Assembly: GCA_965644265.1 (NCBI GenBank)
Contig: OZ286465.1
Coordinates: 76,384,001 to 76,448,000 of the forward strand
Origin: Glycera tridactyla
Taxonomy: Eukaryota
Reading direction: 5' to 3'
DNA: 64,000 bases
Shown one piece after another: positions 32,101 to 47,400 of the stretch; the first letter of the stretch is position 1; every line of letters starts with the position of its first letter. The notes below the pieces were generated by a model. It ran no database searches and was not told the DNA's origin. It saw only the letters and a program-made list of their open reading frames with translations. A program made the position numbers and the translations under genes.

Positions 32101-35100
32101 GAAGTAGCAATGATGGAAGTGGAACGAGGGAAGTTCAATCTTGCTGAGCCTTTCTAAGAGTTCTGTTCATTCTGTGGAACTGTGTTTGGCCAGGGTATAT
32201 TTCATGTCTAGTTGTTGGAGCTCATGACCCGACCGTGAAAGAAATATGTTGGTGTTGCGTGCAATGGTATACTTCACCTGGAGGGACCGTTATTTGTGCG
32301 GCACAGTACATTATCAGGGTGAATCTCACCGAGTTTCACAGCTAACTGAGTTATATTGAGTCGAGTCAGGCCCTCCCTGCTAGTCATGAGATATACGAGT
32401 TTGTGCAAGTTGTGGGCAAGTTAGCATGCATGATGAATACAACTACATCCGGTTGCAGAATATATGACAGTGATCTCTCCTCTCCACTCAGAAATATAAA
32501 TTCACAAATGAAACGAAGTACTAAACAGAATTGCTGATTACAATTTGGAGATGGCAGATCTCGATACATGTTCATTTCGTTAATATAGCTTCACTAAGCA
32601 GTTCAAGCTCTGAACAACCTGAATCAGAAAAAAAAATTTCATCTGAATATATCAGGGTAGCATCAATTCCGCTGAATCAAATACGTCAACCTACTGGTAT
32701 TTGTGTGTAGGTGTTCACTCTTTCTTATGTGAAGATATATAATCTTATCACTATTTGGACTTTCAACTCAAAGGGTCATGTATCTACTGCTGGGAAGTCA
32801 AATGATGAACATTGTCAGACGTGGACTGCATTTCAAAAATGAGGGATGATGTAACACGGTATCTGCTGACGGCAAACCAGAATGCCTATACTTTGGTCGT
32901 TCTCATTCATATCCTCTCATTAGATCAAGGAAGCATGTGTGTGCATCTATATCTTAGTCATATGATTGCCACATGCTCGTGTTTCCGCTATTTTTTTCTC
33001 ATTATATCCTAACTGCAAGTAACGTTTGACGGAGAGAAGGGTGATGGGTTGGATTTCCTCAAACTCACTTTTCACCTCATACAAATTGCAACAGCAGCAG
33101 AGTGGATAGTAGTTTGTGGCTGTAATACGTTTTGAATCAGAATATTATTCCAAACATGTTTCATCGCAAAGTTTGAACGAGAGATACAAAAGATAATGTG
33201 TGCAGAAAAAATGTTTGATTCTGAATGACATTCATGTAGTATCGAATTAGGCACATAGCACCAGCTGATAATGAGCCACACACCACTGGTGTTGTGTGAT
33301 TGTGTGAGCACCTGGTCCTGAATATTTTACCAATAAACCCGGGGAAGCGACCTGACTGAAACAGGTATCCACAAGCCGACCAGGAATACTTTCTTCTAAG
33401 CATACTCACACACGTATACAAACATCTGGAATGACGTGTCCAAGGGTCAATCACAGAATAGAGGTATCACCCTACCAAGATGTGACCGCTTATAATCAGG
33501 GCCCTTCGATCTTTTTGCAGATTAATGTGGCATTATGACGCAATAAATTCGATGGGATCACCCAACATAATCACATAAACTTAGATGGCCTATTACCCAA
33601 AGTCTCAATATTACAACATCTACTTTTGGTGATGGTTGGGAGAATACACAAATCAAATTTACTTAAATGATATATCTCAGAGATATGCTTGCTTGAAATG
33701 GTATTATCAGGTGAGTGTTATCGAGGTAGATATGATGGATCGAGGTGCCAAGATCACCGATATAAACCTGGGGAGTGAAGACGCGTCCATGCTGAATCAC
33801 CACATCGCCAGTCAGCGGATGGAAAAAAAACTAAATGAAGCCATTTTCGTCCGATCAAGCAGGTCCAATTAGGGCGATCCGGCGCCCGTTTGAGAGGCAT
33901 ATGCGGTCTCATTTGGCCATATCAGCTTGGCATGTAGGAGGATCGAGTTCGCAGCGCACTCCAACAACCAGACACAGAACCGAATCCAACCAAACCCACC
34001 GAAAAAGAAATACACTTCCAACAACAACCGCCATCAAAACTACACTATCAGATTTCATGCAGAGAGGGATAATGCAACTCTTGCGATCGTTATGTCCATG
34101 TTTTGTGACGTCATGTACATGTTCAGATGATTCTGCTCGTTCGGTTAGATTAAGTATTTACGTGAGCAATCGTAGGACGATTAATCGACGTGGTCTTCAT
34201 GTCTTCGTTAATGTGATAGATGAAGCTGGTTCCTTGTTGGCCGAGTAAATGTCGATGCCTCACAGGAAGACGTACAGAAACATGCCTACAGAAAATACCG
34301 GACCAGTTGGTAAAGTCCATATAATTTCTTCAAATATGTTCCTGAATAGTCCTTGCACAATGCTGATTCCGACAGTTTTCGATCCTACTTGTGAGTTTTA
34401 TGAAGCAGTTTTCACTATGTTTTGTCTATTCAGTAGATATGATAAAGGACATCATTTGATGGACGTCGGGTTAATGGTACGCCATCTATGGTTAGCACAT
34501 GTCATTAATAACATAGAATACGGTGGATACCACCAGCCTTTTGACCACACTCCATAAATGTGAAAGAATCACTGCTATTGTGTCCTGCATTGGTTTCTGC
34601 CGCCAAATCTAATACATTCGCTTGTATTCTGTTTTGGTGAGTTTCATAGCCTTCAATGTTGAGTGACAACTTCTAGCCAATCACCTGTTTGCCTAAGCTA
34701 TACATAGCTACATCTATGTGATAGAATGTTGGCAAAGATGTGTCCCAAATTACAGCTCACTTTAAGATTAAGGGTCTAACACAGTGACCAACTAATCGGC
34801 CAAAATGTTCTACCTCTCATTATTCCTTCTTCAGATATCCCCAGAAGACAGGAACCCTGGTTCTAACCTGGTAAAAACATATTCTCTTCTTTCAATACTC
34901 ATCCCTGGTTATACAGAGGCAATATTCATTCAGTGCTCCATGTTCGACGATGCCAATCCTAATCTGTGGGTTTAACAATGGTCATCATTGTACATAATTC
35001 CTCCACGGATTCTTGATTGATTTTCACTCACAGAACATTGGTTCTAAGCCTCCAAATTCGACTTTTTTTCAGCTAAAGTTACCGCACGTGCATTGTTTGT

Positions 35101-38100
35101 GCCTCATTTCCAGATGCTGGATTGGTCGATTGGTTTTTGGTTGATTGGTTGGTTGTTCAATGACTCGTGACCACCAGCAGGGGTAGATTGAGACCCGAGA
35201 CCCTTTACTTGTTTCCGTTGAATTGCTCCACGCATTATCGTTTGTTCAGGGAATTAGGGTACTAATTCACACAATAGGAAAGTAGGCGTATGACAGAGTA
35301 GGGACCCAGCCAATAAGGAATCTTTACCAAGGTTCCACTCAACAACTTGAAGTGGTTGATAATGGTTAGTTAGAGATGCGAATTTACTTGATGGTAGTGG
35401 TGATATGATCTTGTTTGAGCTAGTTCGAGTTTTTGATCGAAGAGAACTGACTATTTACTGTCCCGCATACAAGACGACATACCAGAAGAACAGGGTGTAT
35501 CTTCTCAAGATGTAGCTCAGGGAGGTCAAAACTGTCAGTACAATACTTCTGTCGCTCATTCAGTCAAGGCAATCTGCTTTTTTCTGGCTAATGCAACTTC
35601 CGACTCTGGCTTTGTGGCATGTACTACTTCTGTGGCTTCCATTCTACTCAGCCACAATTGGAAACTGCCGCATTCGCTTCTTGGTGTTTTCTTCCCGGCG
35701 TCACACTTTGCCGAAGGGGACACACTTGAACCCCCGTGATACTTGAAAATTTCGAGTAGATATCAACCAGCAACATGTTCTTTTACAGATAAATCTAAGT
35801 TGCCCTCTCGACCAAACTTGGATTTGAAAATGCACTATTCCCCTGTTGGTACAGGCTACCCAGCAATAAAATCTGAAACCTGAAGAACATAAAATCCCGC
35901 AATACTCAAAAAGATTTTAAACATCCCATGCTCACACACTCCCCTCTGGAATGCAAATGCTAGCTTCTAGTTTAGGTGCTCATTGTATACACGTATTCAC
36001 ACCATCGTATTCACGTCAAAGATCTCTCACATTTACAATGATTACCACAATCGCGTTCGGTGCTGGGAGTGTGACATTCTGTCCCTAGATCCATGGCAGG
36101 GAAAGTTATCGCTATAAGATAAAGCCAATCAATATGAGTAGGAATCTGCTTGTCACTATGGCGATTAGATATGTAAGAGATTAATGTACATTCCAATTAT
36201 GGATCGTGTCAGCTCGATGACGATCCAATATTCATGAAGAGTGTGCACAATAGCCTATGCCAATTATGTATAATAAAGTGAGCACATTCAGAACATGAAC
36301 CTGGTTTCCAGTATTGCGAGTCATTATAAATCATGCACATCTCAAAAAGGAGTCTCGTCGCTCCCATGATGGTTGAATATGTTAACTCATCCACACTTTC
36401 CATATCTAAACTTTGTCGCTTCATATGGTATGACCTTGTACTTTTTTGCTTATATACTACATAGACAAAAAAGAATCAGGTTATACTACGATGGCATTGT
36501 TTGTTGGGAGGAGGTAACAGCCGAACGCGATGACAATTACAGGATTAGTGAAATGAAAAATTAGAAAAAATATGCTCAGTGTGTTGCTGAAAAGCTTTTA
36601 ACGTATCAGTATTCCAGGACGGTACAACCTTTTTTTTGTCTGGATTCAGAACAATCAGGATCGATCCGTGCGTGGTTATTTGGTGAATTGTGAGAATCTC
36701 GGGGAGTGTGTTTGCAAGTTATATTTGTGAATATCGGATGACGCTCATATTCACCATTTATGTTTCGGTGCCTCGACATTCTCTTTTTATTACCAACAGA
36801 CACGCCAAAATGATGATGTTCACAGGGCAGGCTTTTAATCTCTATGTGAAAACATGGTGATTGACTACACCTCAACTCCTTTTCAACATTTTCACATTGG
36901 TCAATTTGGCCGAAATCAATATAAGCTTTTGAAATGTTGATTGAGATTTTCTCACACTGTAAATATGGATGTTGCCCGAATCGAACTCGACCTATTGGAT
37001 CCATCATTGTCGTGTGGCATCTGAGAGTATATCAAGGTGATAATTCTTTTTAGGCATTTGCGAACTTTTTCTGCCTGGAGAAATGCATACAAAAACTGAA
37101 TATTAGAGGTTCATATTCAACCATGTGTCTAGGGTTGGTATATAGGGTCTCAATTACGATTTCTGGTGAATGCAATCCTCGATTTTTTTTCATCAAAGTC
37201 GACGTGGGAATAAGGGATGCAAGGCTTCTTGTTTTATTTCGCTCGCATGAATAAGGTAATAAAATGATGGAATGATGTACACGCTCGCTGTTCATAATCT
37301 AGTTGCCCGGGATCCGTCTCAACGGGGTTTATGTGGTACCAGTAGAATAGTACGTCCATGACCTCAGGAGCAGATCATATCAATACGAAACATCTATTCC
37401 AATATTGACTGCGCCTAGATGTTATTGATGTGGCCCCTGCCCAGAACAGCAGCCTCCGCCACCATTCGATTGTTTCCCTGGAACATCTGTACATCATCTA
37501 GCACACAGAAGAGATTGCCATCTTGGGAAATCAATGACCGATGAGATGCTAGAACCACTCATCTGAGTCTGTGATCAGATGAAAATATTCGCCTATTATC
37601 GCCCACGTTTGCCCTGCGACGAAACACATTCGAACGTGGACTCCTAACCATAAATTAACCAAATGTGCCCACCTTCCTCCCTTTCATGCGATATCATACG
37701 ATCTTTCTGGTTCTTACAAATGCAATTCGTTTTTGTTTATTCTCTACAGTAGTGGCTTCAGGAGCAGTTAGCCTGGACAGCAAGTCTGGGAATTCCGCAA
37801 AAATGGGTTCGCTTTAATCGTGCTACCCATGGCTTGCTATCAGGTTGATACGCCTATATATAATATAGGTGCACTGACCTTGAATTGTGAAGCAGGGTGC
37901 CTTTCAAAAGGCATTTATGGATATTGATGGTATGGTTTCGCTGGATCAAACATTGTGACCTTCTCAGAAACAGGCTCTATGTCCATGCACTGCCGGCAAA
38001 TTAGCATATTCCGATCAGACCGACCATGGTCCACATCAGAAACCAAATCGGCCATTGAAATATTCTTACTTGGTGTACATTATCCCTTCTTACATGGTAT

Positions 38101-40319
38101 ACATTGTTTATCCTTGGTATCATCTCGGTATACATTCTCCATTGAATGTTCATTATAAAAAAACCGAGTGGCTACTATCTATTTGCCACTAGATTCTCGT
38201 AGTGGTGCTTCATTCATATAGATATCTCAACCATTCTTATCCACGTATCTCCATTGACCCCTCTGTATCATGTATATATCGCACTTGCAAGAACATGTCG
38301 CCATTCAATGCAGTTATCATACATATGAAACCTCAGATGTACACGAATGACATCACAAAACTCTAGGTGGAATGAATTTTGCGGAGTGAGAGTCATCTCC
38401 TTGAAGAAAAGGTGCATTCGGTAAGGAGGCTTTTTTCTATAGAGAAGACCTTTGTGTCGAAGAATATGTTGACCTCAATAAATCAAATCAAGTTTGTAGA
38501 TTCCAAAATTTTCAGCTTTGATTCAAATTATTTCTGGGTTCTGTCCCGCTCAAATCCGCCCCTGGGCCAATCAGACAGCAAAAGCCTTCTTATAAATCAG
38601 ATCAGGTGTGAGACAGTAGGTGGAACATGCGGTATCAATCTCGGGTCATCTAATATGTCTGAATTTTCCAACCCACATTGGCTGACTATTGGGAAGCGTA
38701 ATGTACAGGTGAGACACGCCCATCAAAAGTAATTATAACTACGGATGACACTGANNNNNNNNNNNNNNNNNNNNNNNNNNNNNNNNNNNNNNNNNNNNNN
38801 NNNNNNNNNNNNNNNNNNNNNNNNNNNNNNNNNNNNNNNNNNNNNNNNNNNNNNNNNNNNNNNNNNNNNNNNNNNNNNNNNNNNNNNNNNNNNNNNNNNN
38901 NNNNNNNNNNNNNNNNNNNNNNNNNNNNNNNNNNNNNNNNNNNNNNNNNNNNNNNNNNNNNNNNNNNNNNNNNNNNNNNNNNNNNNNNNNNNNNNNNNNN
39001 NNNNNNNNNNNNNNNNNNNNNNNNNNNNNNNNNNNNNNNNNNNNNNNNNNNNNNNNNNNNNNNNNNNNNNNNNNNNNNNNNNNNNNNNNNNNNNNNNNNN
39101 NNNNNNNNNNNNNNNNNNNNNNNNNNNNNNNNNNNNNNNNNNNNNNNNNNNNNNNNNNNNNNNNNNNNNNNNNNNNNNNNNNNNNNNNNNNNNNNNNNNN
39201 NNNNNNNNNNNNNNNNNNNNNNNCAAAAATCCATCCACTTAGTTTCCTTTGCGAGTTACAGATATGGCTAGCATGGACTCAGTCCTCATTTACACCCCGG
39301 GAAACCCCCTGAGATTTATTCGCTATCGTGAGCTGATCACAATTTGCACACCTCGTTAGCATTAGCCATTGATGGCATGCTTGATGTAGGTCAACCTAGT
39401 CACTACCCTCGCCCTCGAAGTGAGTGTGCATCAACGGCTATCGAGGGATGGTGCTATTCAGCATCCAAGGGCAACGCAATTTACTGGTTGTTTTCGTGGA
39501 GTCTAACATTCAATTACGCTAATTCATGCCCCGATAGATACGCGAGATGATTCTCCAACTGCTATGCGAGATACTTTTGGAACAGGAAGAAGAAAAACGA
39601 TCCCGTGTGGATGCTATTCATGAACTTATGAAATGTTAATAGACATCCCCATATAGCCAACTGTGTGGCACCTTCCTTTTTTATATATGCTTCCAGTCTT
39701 TCGAGTAGGCACTATCGCCGCCTTCCATATACATCGCCCTCGTCATCAACCACGTCATCTTATCAGCCACGTCATCATCACCATCGTCATCGTCATTATC
39801 ATGATCACCACTTTCATTTTTACAGTTGGCGCCATTTTTCCATCAAGAATATGGTGATTCCAAATAAGTTCGCTGTCTGCAGTGGCTGGCATTGTTGTCA
39901 TATATTCTTTTTTGGGGTTGTTGCTGCTACTTCTGTTATTATTGTTGCCACTCCTGCTGCTGTTGCTGACAATCGTCAATGGCTCACAAAGAGCAGGGCG
40001 AATAATAAGAATCCAATTTGGCGAATGGGAGAGCGTGTGGCGGGGTCGCTGGCGGGTATGTCCTAGAGAGACCTGTAGAGATGGCAGCAGGCCGAGTCGA
40101 ATGCACTTGATTGAGATGTCCGTGGGGTGCCCTTATTCAGCTCCCATTATACGTATCCAAATCGAACGCACCCTACCGAAAATGACCGAAGCAGTTTGCA
40201 TTATCTTAAGGAAATAGGAAGGAAAATATATTCACACGCGACAGAACACGTGCGTTCATGTATGTTAATGATTGTATGGACGTAGACTGTACGTCTATCT
40301 CCCCATCCATCATTTCTTC

Positions 40320-40550
40320 CATCGCTACTTCAACCCATCCTTCCATCCATCCATCTTTCCATCCATTCCTCCATCTGTCTGTCTGTCTGTCTGGCTGGCT
40401 GGCTGGCTGGCTGACTGGCTGTCTATATCCGTCAATTCATTCATCTGGCTGTATGCCAATGTATTTGTCTGTCTGTCTGGCTATCTATCTCGCTATTTAT
40501 CTGTCTCTCTGTATTTAGGTATGTTTGTCTGTCGGTCGGTCTGTCTGTCT
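40320..40550 (+). repeat. compound (CCAT)/(CTGT)/(CTGG) microsatellite
   Basis: Read directly. Confidence 0.9.
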
Positions 40551-40734
40551 GCTGCCATGACCGGTGTCGACCGGGTGGACACTATCGAGCATTACCCCTC
40601 GCAGTCTGGATTGCAGACATACGAATTTTCAATTTGTCACCTCGTGTAAGTGTCCTAGATAGATGAACAAACAAGCCAGCCAATCACATCGATCAATCCA
40701 CAACAGTGGCGAAGGGTTCTGTCTGGTGATCAGG

Positions 40735-41031
40735 TCAGTCTGATCGAAAGAACACGTGCGTTTCAGACTGTTCCACCTGCGAACCATTGGCTCTTCTAAT
40801 AGAGGTTATCACAAATCGTTTTTTGATCGTTTGGATCTTTCGGTGGAGTAGGGTAAGTTTCGTTTTGTGTTGATGAGATGTTATTCCAATAAGTGGGATG
40901 GCGACCCCTCCTTGGCTGCGGACTGTAGAAAAGACATTTGTTTCGTGCGATATGGCCATATCCTCTGCCCTCCACGTCATAGTATCCACCGTTTTGGCGC
41001 CAGGATGTGTTTTTTTGCTGATGGGATACAA
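40735..41031 (-). pseudogene. possible decayed LINE APE endonuclease fragment
   Basis: DTMTW...STVRSQGGVAI...FVITSI resembles the ETxW...GGVAI...IxSVY order. Confidence 0.4.
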
Positions 41032-42399
41032 CCAAGCCAGCTCATATAATGCTCAATAGAAAGCGCTGTGGGTTGACTTATGCGTGTACAATCCATGTTT
41101 CTGATTACGTCAGAATCCTAGAATGCTTAGCAGTGGTATAGCCAATGTCGGGAAACAATTTGGATTTGTGTGTTGCACATTCTTGTTGAGATTGATGGTA
41201 AGAGTCACTGTACACCAGCCCACTTCACCTATATTCGGAGTGCTTCCTCCGTGTCAGCGAATTCATATTAATGTATCAAAAGCTTAGAAATACCAATTAT
41301 GGTGTCTTTATGGTTTACTAATGTTACACCATATGAAATAGTTTGGGAAACACCATGAACACTGCGAAAAATCCAGCTGAATCGGGAAAAATGGGGGAAA
41401 GTTTGTATTGGCTTCTAGGACTTCACCACGTTTTTTTTTTCAAGAAGAATATCGTATTCCAATTTCCAGTTGTGCTCATGGATATAACTAATTCACGTAT
41501 ATACATTCAGAATATACTGTAATATACAATACAAATATCTCATCTTCATGTAATGCATGGATCGTAACAAATTAGTTTGACCTCTCATGCCATGCATATT
41601 GAAACAATGCCAGCAAGTTTTCCCATCATAGCTACACTATCAAAAAAGCACTTTCTGGATACTCTACCCTTTTCGTAATTGTGTGGGACGGTACGAAATA
41701 TCTAAGAGCATATAATGATGAAGATCAATATAATTGATCCGATCATCTGTGATGATAACATATCTCTTAGTACAGGGGCATTTCGGGGCATCAGGGGTGA
41801 GCCTGGCTTATTCGGTTCTCACATAAAAACTTTTGTGATTTTTTTATCACAGGGATCCTTCTCTTCTCATTACCAGCAATGTATTGATGGATGCGCATTG
41901 CATGACAACATTTTTGTGTGGACTGGCCAACGTGAAATCTGATGAGCTCATTAAAGCCTCCGAGATTAGATCATGCGATAAACGTAGGGAAGTGAGGTGA
42001 ACGGAGTGATATCCATGAAGAATAAATCTGACTCAACTATATCGCCCAAACTGTTACTACTCTAAAGAGTTGGAATCGCAAACCCGTCTGTCTCGATGGG
42101 TACGTTATGAACTCATCATTGATAGGATGTATACCGTCATAGATATTGTCACACACGTGACTTTTTACTATGACATCCATCAGGGAATCTCGTATATACT
42201 TTTCATATATGATGTGATTAGGGATGATGTCCTTTTTTCTCTTGCATTATTCTTCCCTTTCCCGATGAGTTTAGATCAGACCAAAGAAATAATATGCTCA
42301 AATCACTCCATGTAATCTTCAGCGAAATTGGCCCGGTTGTAGATGTTTGGTGGCTTTGCCATCTTAATGTACAAGGTTTTACAGATATCAAAGCAGAAG

Positions 42400-42850
42400 G
42401 TAGGTTCATCAGGTGCATAGTGACAGTCCATGACTGGATAGGGTGGTGAGTATCTCTTGGGCCCGATTTGTCATTCCGAGTTTTCCATTCGAACCTACAG
42501 CCATGTTTCAAGCTTGATTGTCGGCCTTCGACCAGAGAATACTCTGACATGCTTCGGTCAGATGTAGGGGGAAGTGTATATTATCCGGCTCCTATATCGA
42601 GTTGACGTACTTTCTGGCCAAGTATGTTCAGATGTGTGAAGTAATCTTCACGGGGAAGGGGCACTCACCTCGCAATCACCTCACCAACAAGGCATCTGCG
42701 TCTTTGTTATACATAGTCATCAATATACTGTGTTCGAGAGCAATATCTATTCTTTATTTTGACCAAGCAATGAGAGCTACCTGTGCCTCTCATTTGGACG
42801 GGAATGTTCCAACATCACACATGTGTGAGCGTACCGATTGGATCTAGTTC
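42400..42850 (-). pseudogene. possible Penelope-like RT relic
   Basis: VQMRGTG (cf. QxxGTAMG), QYIDD at 42712-42730 and a later RPT (cf. YRKPT). Confidence 0.33.
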
Positions 42851-44113
42851 AGATTGACACATCTGAGCTGAGAATGTCCTGACCATCTCTACATAGCTGC
42901 GGACATCTCATGAATATCACAAGACCCAGTAGAGACCTCTTGCTCATTCCCGTTAAATGGGATCAAGGGGAACACAGTGATTCAATGTGGTTGTTGTCAC
43001 CAGCGGTTGACTATATCAATACAAGATTTATGTGAATCGGATAATTTCAGTTGGTGAGATGCATTCAACGATGTAACGCGGAATCAGTCAATTGTTTCGT
43101 GCCCTTTGGGCTAACCACTGAACAAGCTTTAATTTGCGTAATCGCCTGCTTCGTCCAATTGAATAATGAGAGAGAATTCCCGCTAGCAGCTGTCCCTTTC
43201 CTCCCCAAGAGGAATGATTGAGGTAATTCTGGACTGGTTGTAGTTCCCCTCCCCGCCACGTATTGTGATGAAGTAAAGCCCTCAAGTATCTCATGAAGCA
43301 AACCTGAGGGCTTGGCTTTTGTATCCCTAATGAAGCTGAGAATCACGTTGATGGCAGGAAACTCGAAACAAAAAGTAAGAACTTGACTCATAATATTCAT
43401 TTTCTCAATAACTGTTTGTGGTTGTATCGTCCTCAGGGAGGTGGAAAAGGCTCAAGCTTAGACAGGTCTGCCAATGAATGTAGTCAGGGGAACCTATCGG
43501 AGGTACTTGACTGTGAACCCGTAAATTTACATTCATACATAATAGACCATACTATCGGCAATGATAAATATACTGCAAGCACCCACGTTTATAATGACCA
43601 TTTTATGACGTTCTTCAGTTCTATGGGTAGATGGCAAACTTCAGGAATCCAAAAACAAAGCTGATTTACTGTGTATCTACTGTCCTCGTTACAATCTAGG
43701 GCACTACAGGACTACCAGATGTCAAACTTAGACGCACCGGCAGGGGGGATCGTTGCAGAAAGTATCAAACAGTTGGCATTGGTCCAGCGCGAGGCTGACT
43801 GAGAGAAACCGACCAACTACAGCCAATTGCTCGAATGTTGTTAATCAGCGTCAGCAACCATTCGAAACCATTGCAAATTCTGAATATATCTATGGTTGCT
43901 GGAGTTTGTTCCCTACCCATTCTTCATTCATGCCTGTATCCCTGGTCTTTGAAAGTTGACTGTTCTGTCGGCGTCAGCATCACATCACAACCCCCGAACA
44001 CGATAAGATTGAGAATTGGAGAAGTTGTCAAATGAAAGTGACTGAACCTCTTCCTGTAACACTCCTCTACCTGTCTGACATGAACATGCTGAACAAATCA
44101 ACGGGATATACAA

Positions 44114-44443
44114 CTATTCAATTTGCCGGAAGCTACCACTCATGCCTGGTAGCAATGCAGCCCTGTACCTGAAATTAGGAAACGCACTAGTATGGAGTCT
44201 TCTCATCCATTTTCCCCTTCTACCAGATACCGAGACGAGAAGTCCCAAGTAATCTATCCCCATGGCCATTCCATCTGCATCACAATATAGCCCTTCCGTG
44301 AGCAACCTACTCACCGAACAAGTGCGATATGAGAGGAACTCGCAACTACGGCTCAGCTGAACATTTGAAAGGGAGTTTTGATAGGGACCCTCATGTTCTG
44401 TGAGCTGCACCTGGGATTGCATAGACCCATTGTAACCAGGCAA
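44114..44443 (-). pseudogene. possible Penelope-like RT relic
   Basis: GLYCDADGMAMG resembles the Penelope motif YxQxDGxAMG. Confidence 0.33.
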
Positions 44444-47400
44444 CCGTTGCAGACTATTAAAGACCGAAGTAAGCGGTGTCTAGCGACTCATAAATGCCAA
44501 ACCAAGACCAAACAGCCATGGCTAGCAGTGTAAATGAACTTCATGAGGGCTAAAAATTTACACAAGACTTAAACCGGCCCATAAAACGGTTACCACACGC
44601 TGCAGTCCGATGCACCAGGGAGTTTCCCCATCGTCAATTAAAATTAACCTTCACCTCTACTGTCTCTGGCTGGAGCATGACTTATTCTATATTGGATTCT
44701 GGGGAATCGGGTTGATGAATGCTCATCGTCCACAACTTGAATCATCAATCATATGAAAGAAGGACCGGAGAATGCCTGCGGTAGACAAATATATCTGCTA
44801 TCATTTTCGTGCATTATCTTTGAAATAAAACACTTCTTCAAAGATATATTCCAAATCGCCTCATTAACATACACGGACAACTTGAAATGTCTTCGTCATC
44901 TCGGTAATTTGGGATGTATGGAAAAACGTTCTTTCAAGTTTTATTCGGAATATTCTTTCATGATTCTTCAAAAACTGACCCAAAGAATCACATTCGGTGT
45001 GGAAATCCAAACGGGTTTGATATTGTTCGTGGTTACGAAGATGCATCTCTTTCTACTGTTAGGACATCCATAAACAGTTGCAAAATAGTTGCTGTGCCAG
45101 TCTGTGTTTCTGATATAGTCTGCCACTTCAAGCTAGCTGGTCCTCTTAGACCAACTTCAGAAAAGAGGTTTCATCGCTTACAAGAAACAATCCTGCTTCA
45201 TAAATTCTTATCAATGATAATTTCTGACGGCTCTGTCAACTCCTCATCATAGCAAAGTCCAGTGAGTCGTTGTAATCGGGCAACTAAAATAAATGAGGGG
45301 GGAGGCGAAGGACAAAAGGGTTTTTTCTATCAAAACCCTGGCACGAAGATCAATCCCCAGATATATTCGCTACTGATGGCCTGTCAGGTTTTGCAAAATC
45401 CTTCCAGAAGACGTTGACTTCTGGCCCAGATGGAGCCACAATACTCTCGCCAATGTACATTTGAATGTGAATCCCACATCACATGGATTCCTCCAGGAAA
45501 TACACAGTGCCCACCAGAGTGCAATATTTCTTCTCTCGGACGTAATGTTCACATGCTATTGAAGCACTGTGTCTGCAAGAATCAAGTGGACAGTTGACCT
45601 TGAAGTAACAACCGTAATCTCCCTCAATGCTTAATGAATTCCTATCATTGATTTCTATCAGAACATTGGTCCAATTCCACCTGGGCAGCATTCATCGGTC
45701 TGGGGTGCTGTGGTAAGACCTTGGCCTATCTTGAACCTGCTGTAGGCTGCATTATTGGACATAAGACCCCAATCTTTCAGTATCTAGCCATCAGGTGTTG
45801 TCTAATCGTCTTGCTATACGTTGACTCAGGTCTTATTTCATCGATTCCCAATACAAGATGCCAGGATCGATGGTGGATGAGACGACTGGGGTGAAGAACG
45901 CCGGAAACATGTCGAAGAATGCCGATCACATAAGTGAACTCGATGGTAACCAATTCCTGTTTGTGATAGCTAACCAATCCACCCATGAATCTTCAACAGA
46001 CAGACGGACTTACGTAAGATTCAGCCCTAGCAACGTGCGAGATTCGAATTGCAGAAACATACGATGATACTTTGTTTTGGAAGGACACTATAGGAAACTA
46101 ACCAGGCAATGCATGTATACATGTGCACTATCATAGACCCTATTTCTATCCATTCGGATGTTTCGACATTCATTCCGAAACCACAGCAGTTCCAGTCATC
46201 TTTGAAAATAATATTGTTGTTTGACTTCTCTTACACGTGGTGAATCAACGGTTCGAATGATATGCCTAAATTCAAGGAATCCCTGGAATACACCATTCTT
46301 GAGATGGGCATATGTGCGAGACTACGATAATGAAGCAATCACGAGAATCGACGAGCTTAGCTTGTTACGTGGACGGATGATGTAGAGGTTGAGGATGGCA
46401 GCCAGGGATGCTGGATGATGCTGGATGATGCTTGATGTCTGAGTGGCAACCATGACCATGCGCCATTCTTGCAAGTGTCATCAATCAAGCTTATGAGTGT
46501 TCCATTAATTACGAAATTAGGCAGGGTTTACGCAGCGGAAGCATGTCACTACCAAGCCCCCTTCAGCAACAATCACTGCACTCCCGATTCCACTCAGAGC
46601 ATCCTCATCAAAAAATCATAAGTATTCATAAAGGCCTCATAAATCTGCGTGATATTTGTGTAGTTTCCGAGTTGTATCTCACGGACACCACTACCTCTCA
46701 GATAGGGAAGAGAGCGTGAAACACTCAGTGGCTTCAACAGACACGGCAGTGAGTAATGGATTCTTGGTGAGTGCACCTGACTGTTTGAGGTTTTCTCCGA
46801 TGTTGGGATCCAAGTGAACTAATTCAAGTCTTCTTTTATTGACTCTTGGGAGAATATGGAGAATCATAGGTTAAGGAGCTTTGAGAATAGAACTGATCCC
46901 GCATCGTTAAGCTGATTGTTTTTCAGTCATTTTGGCGGATAGACATACACAATTCATTCCATCGCCTACGCAAGGTCGTTGAATGCATCGAAACTTGGAA
47001 AATTGCCTCGTCAAGAATGGATGATTGTTCAAAATTTCTCATTATCCTTATCAAAAGATTATTAGGACGAATGTGGATGGGTGGTTCAGAACAGCATCGT
47101 GCATCGAGCAGTCAGTTAGCCTTCCCTGCTTGATATTTACCATATCTTGTGGGAAAACTATTGTCAATGCTTGGATAGGGTGTAGGGAAGGATGTGTCTG
47201 AAGCGACATCTCTCGGGATTAATCTTCATTTGTATCGTGAGTTCGTGGTGGTAATACTAAAAAGGAAAATGCTCCGCGCTCGCACTGATGTAGAGAACAT
47301 GGCATGCATACCATCAAAGTCTCAAATGGCCAATTAAAACTCAATTAATCAATCACTTATTGTCAAACAATGTGCCTTTTCCATCTATCTAGAAACCATT

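Noticed and set aside
44900-45110. THAP-like VYGCPN on the minus strand
   Set aside because: The first Cys and the downstream FP/W/C-H pattern are missing.
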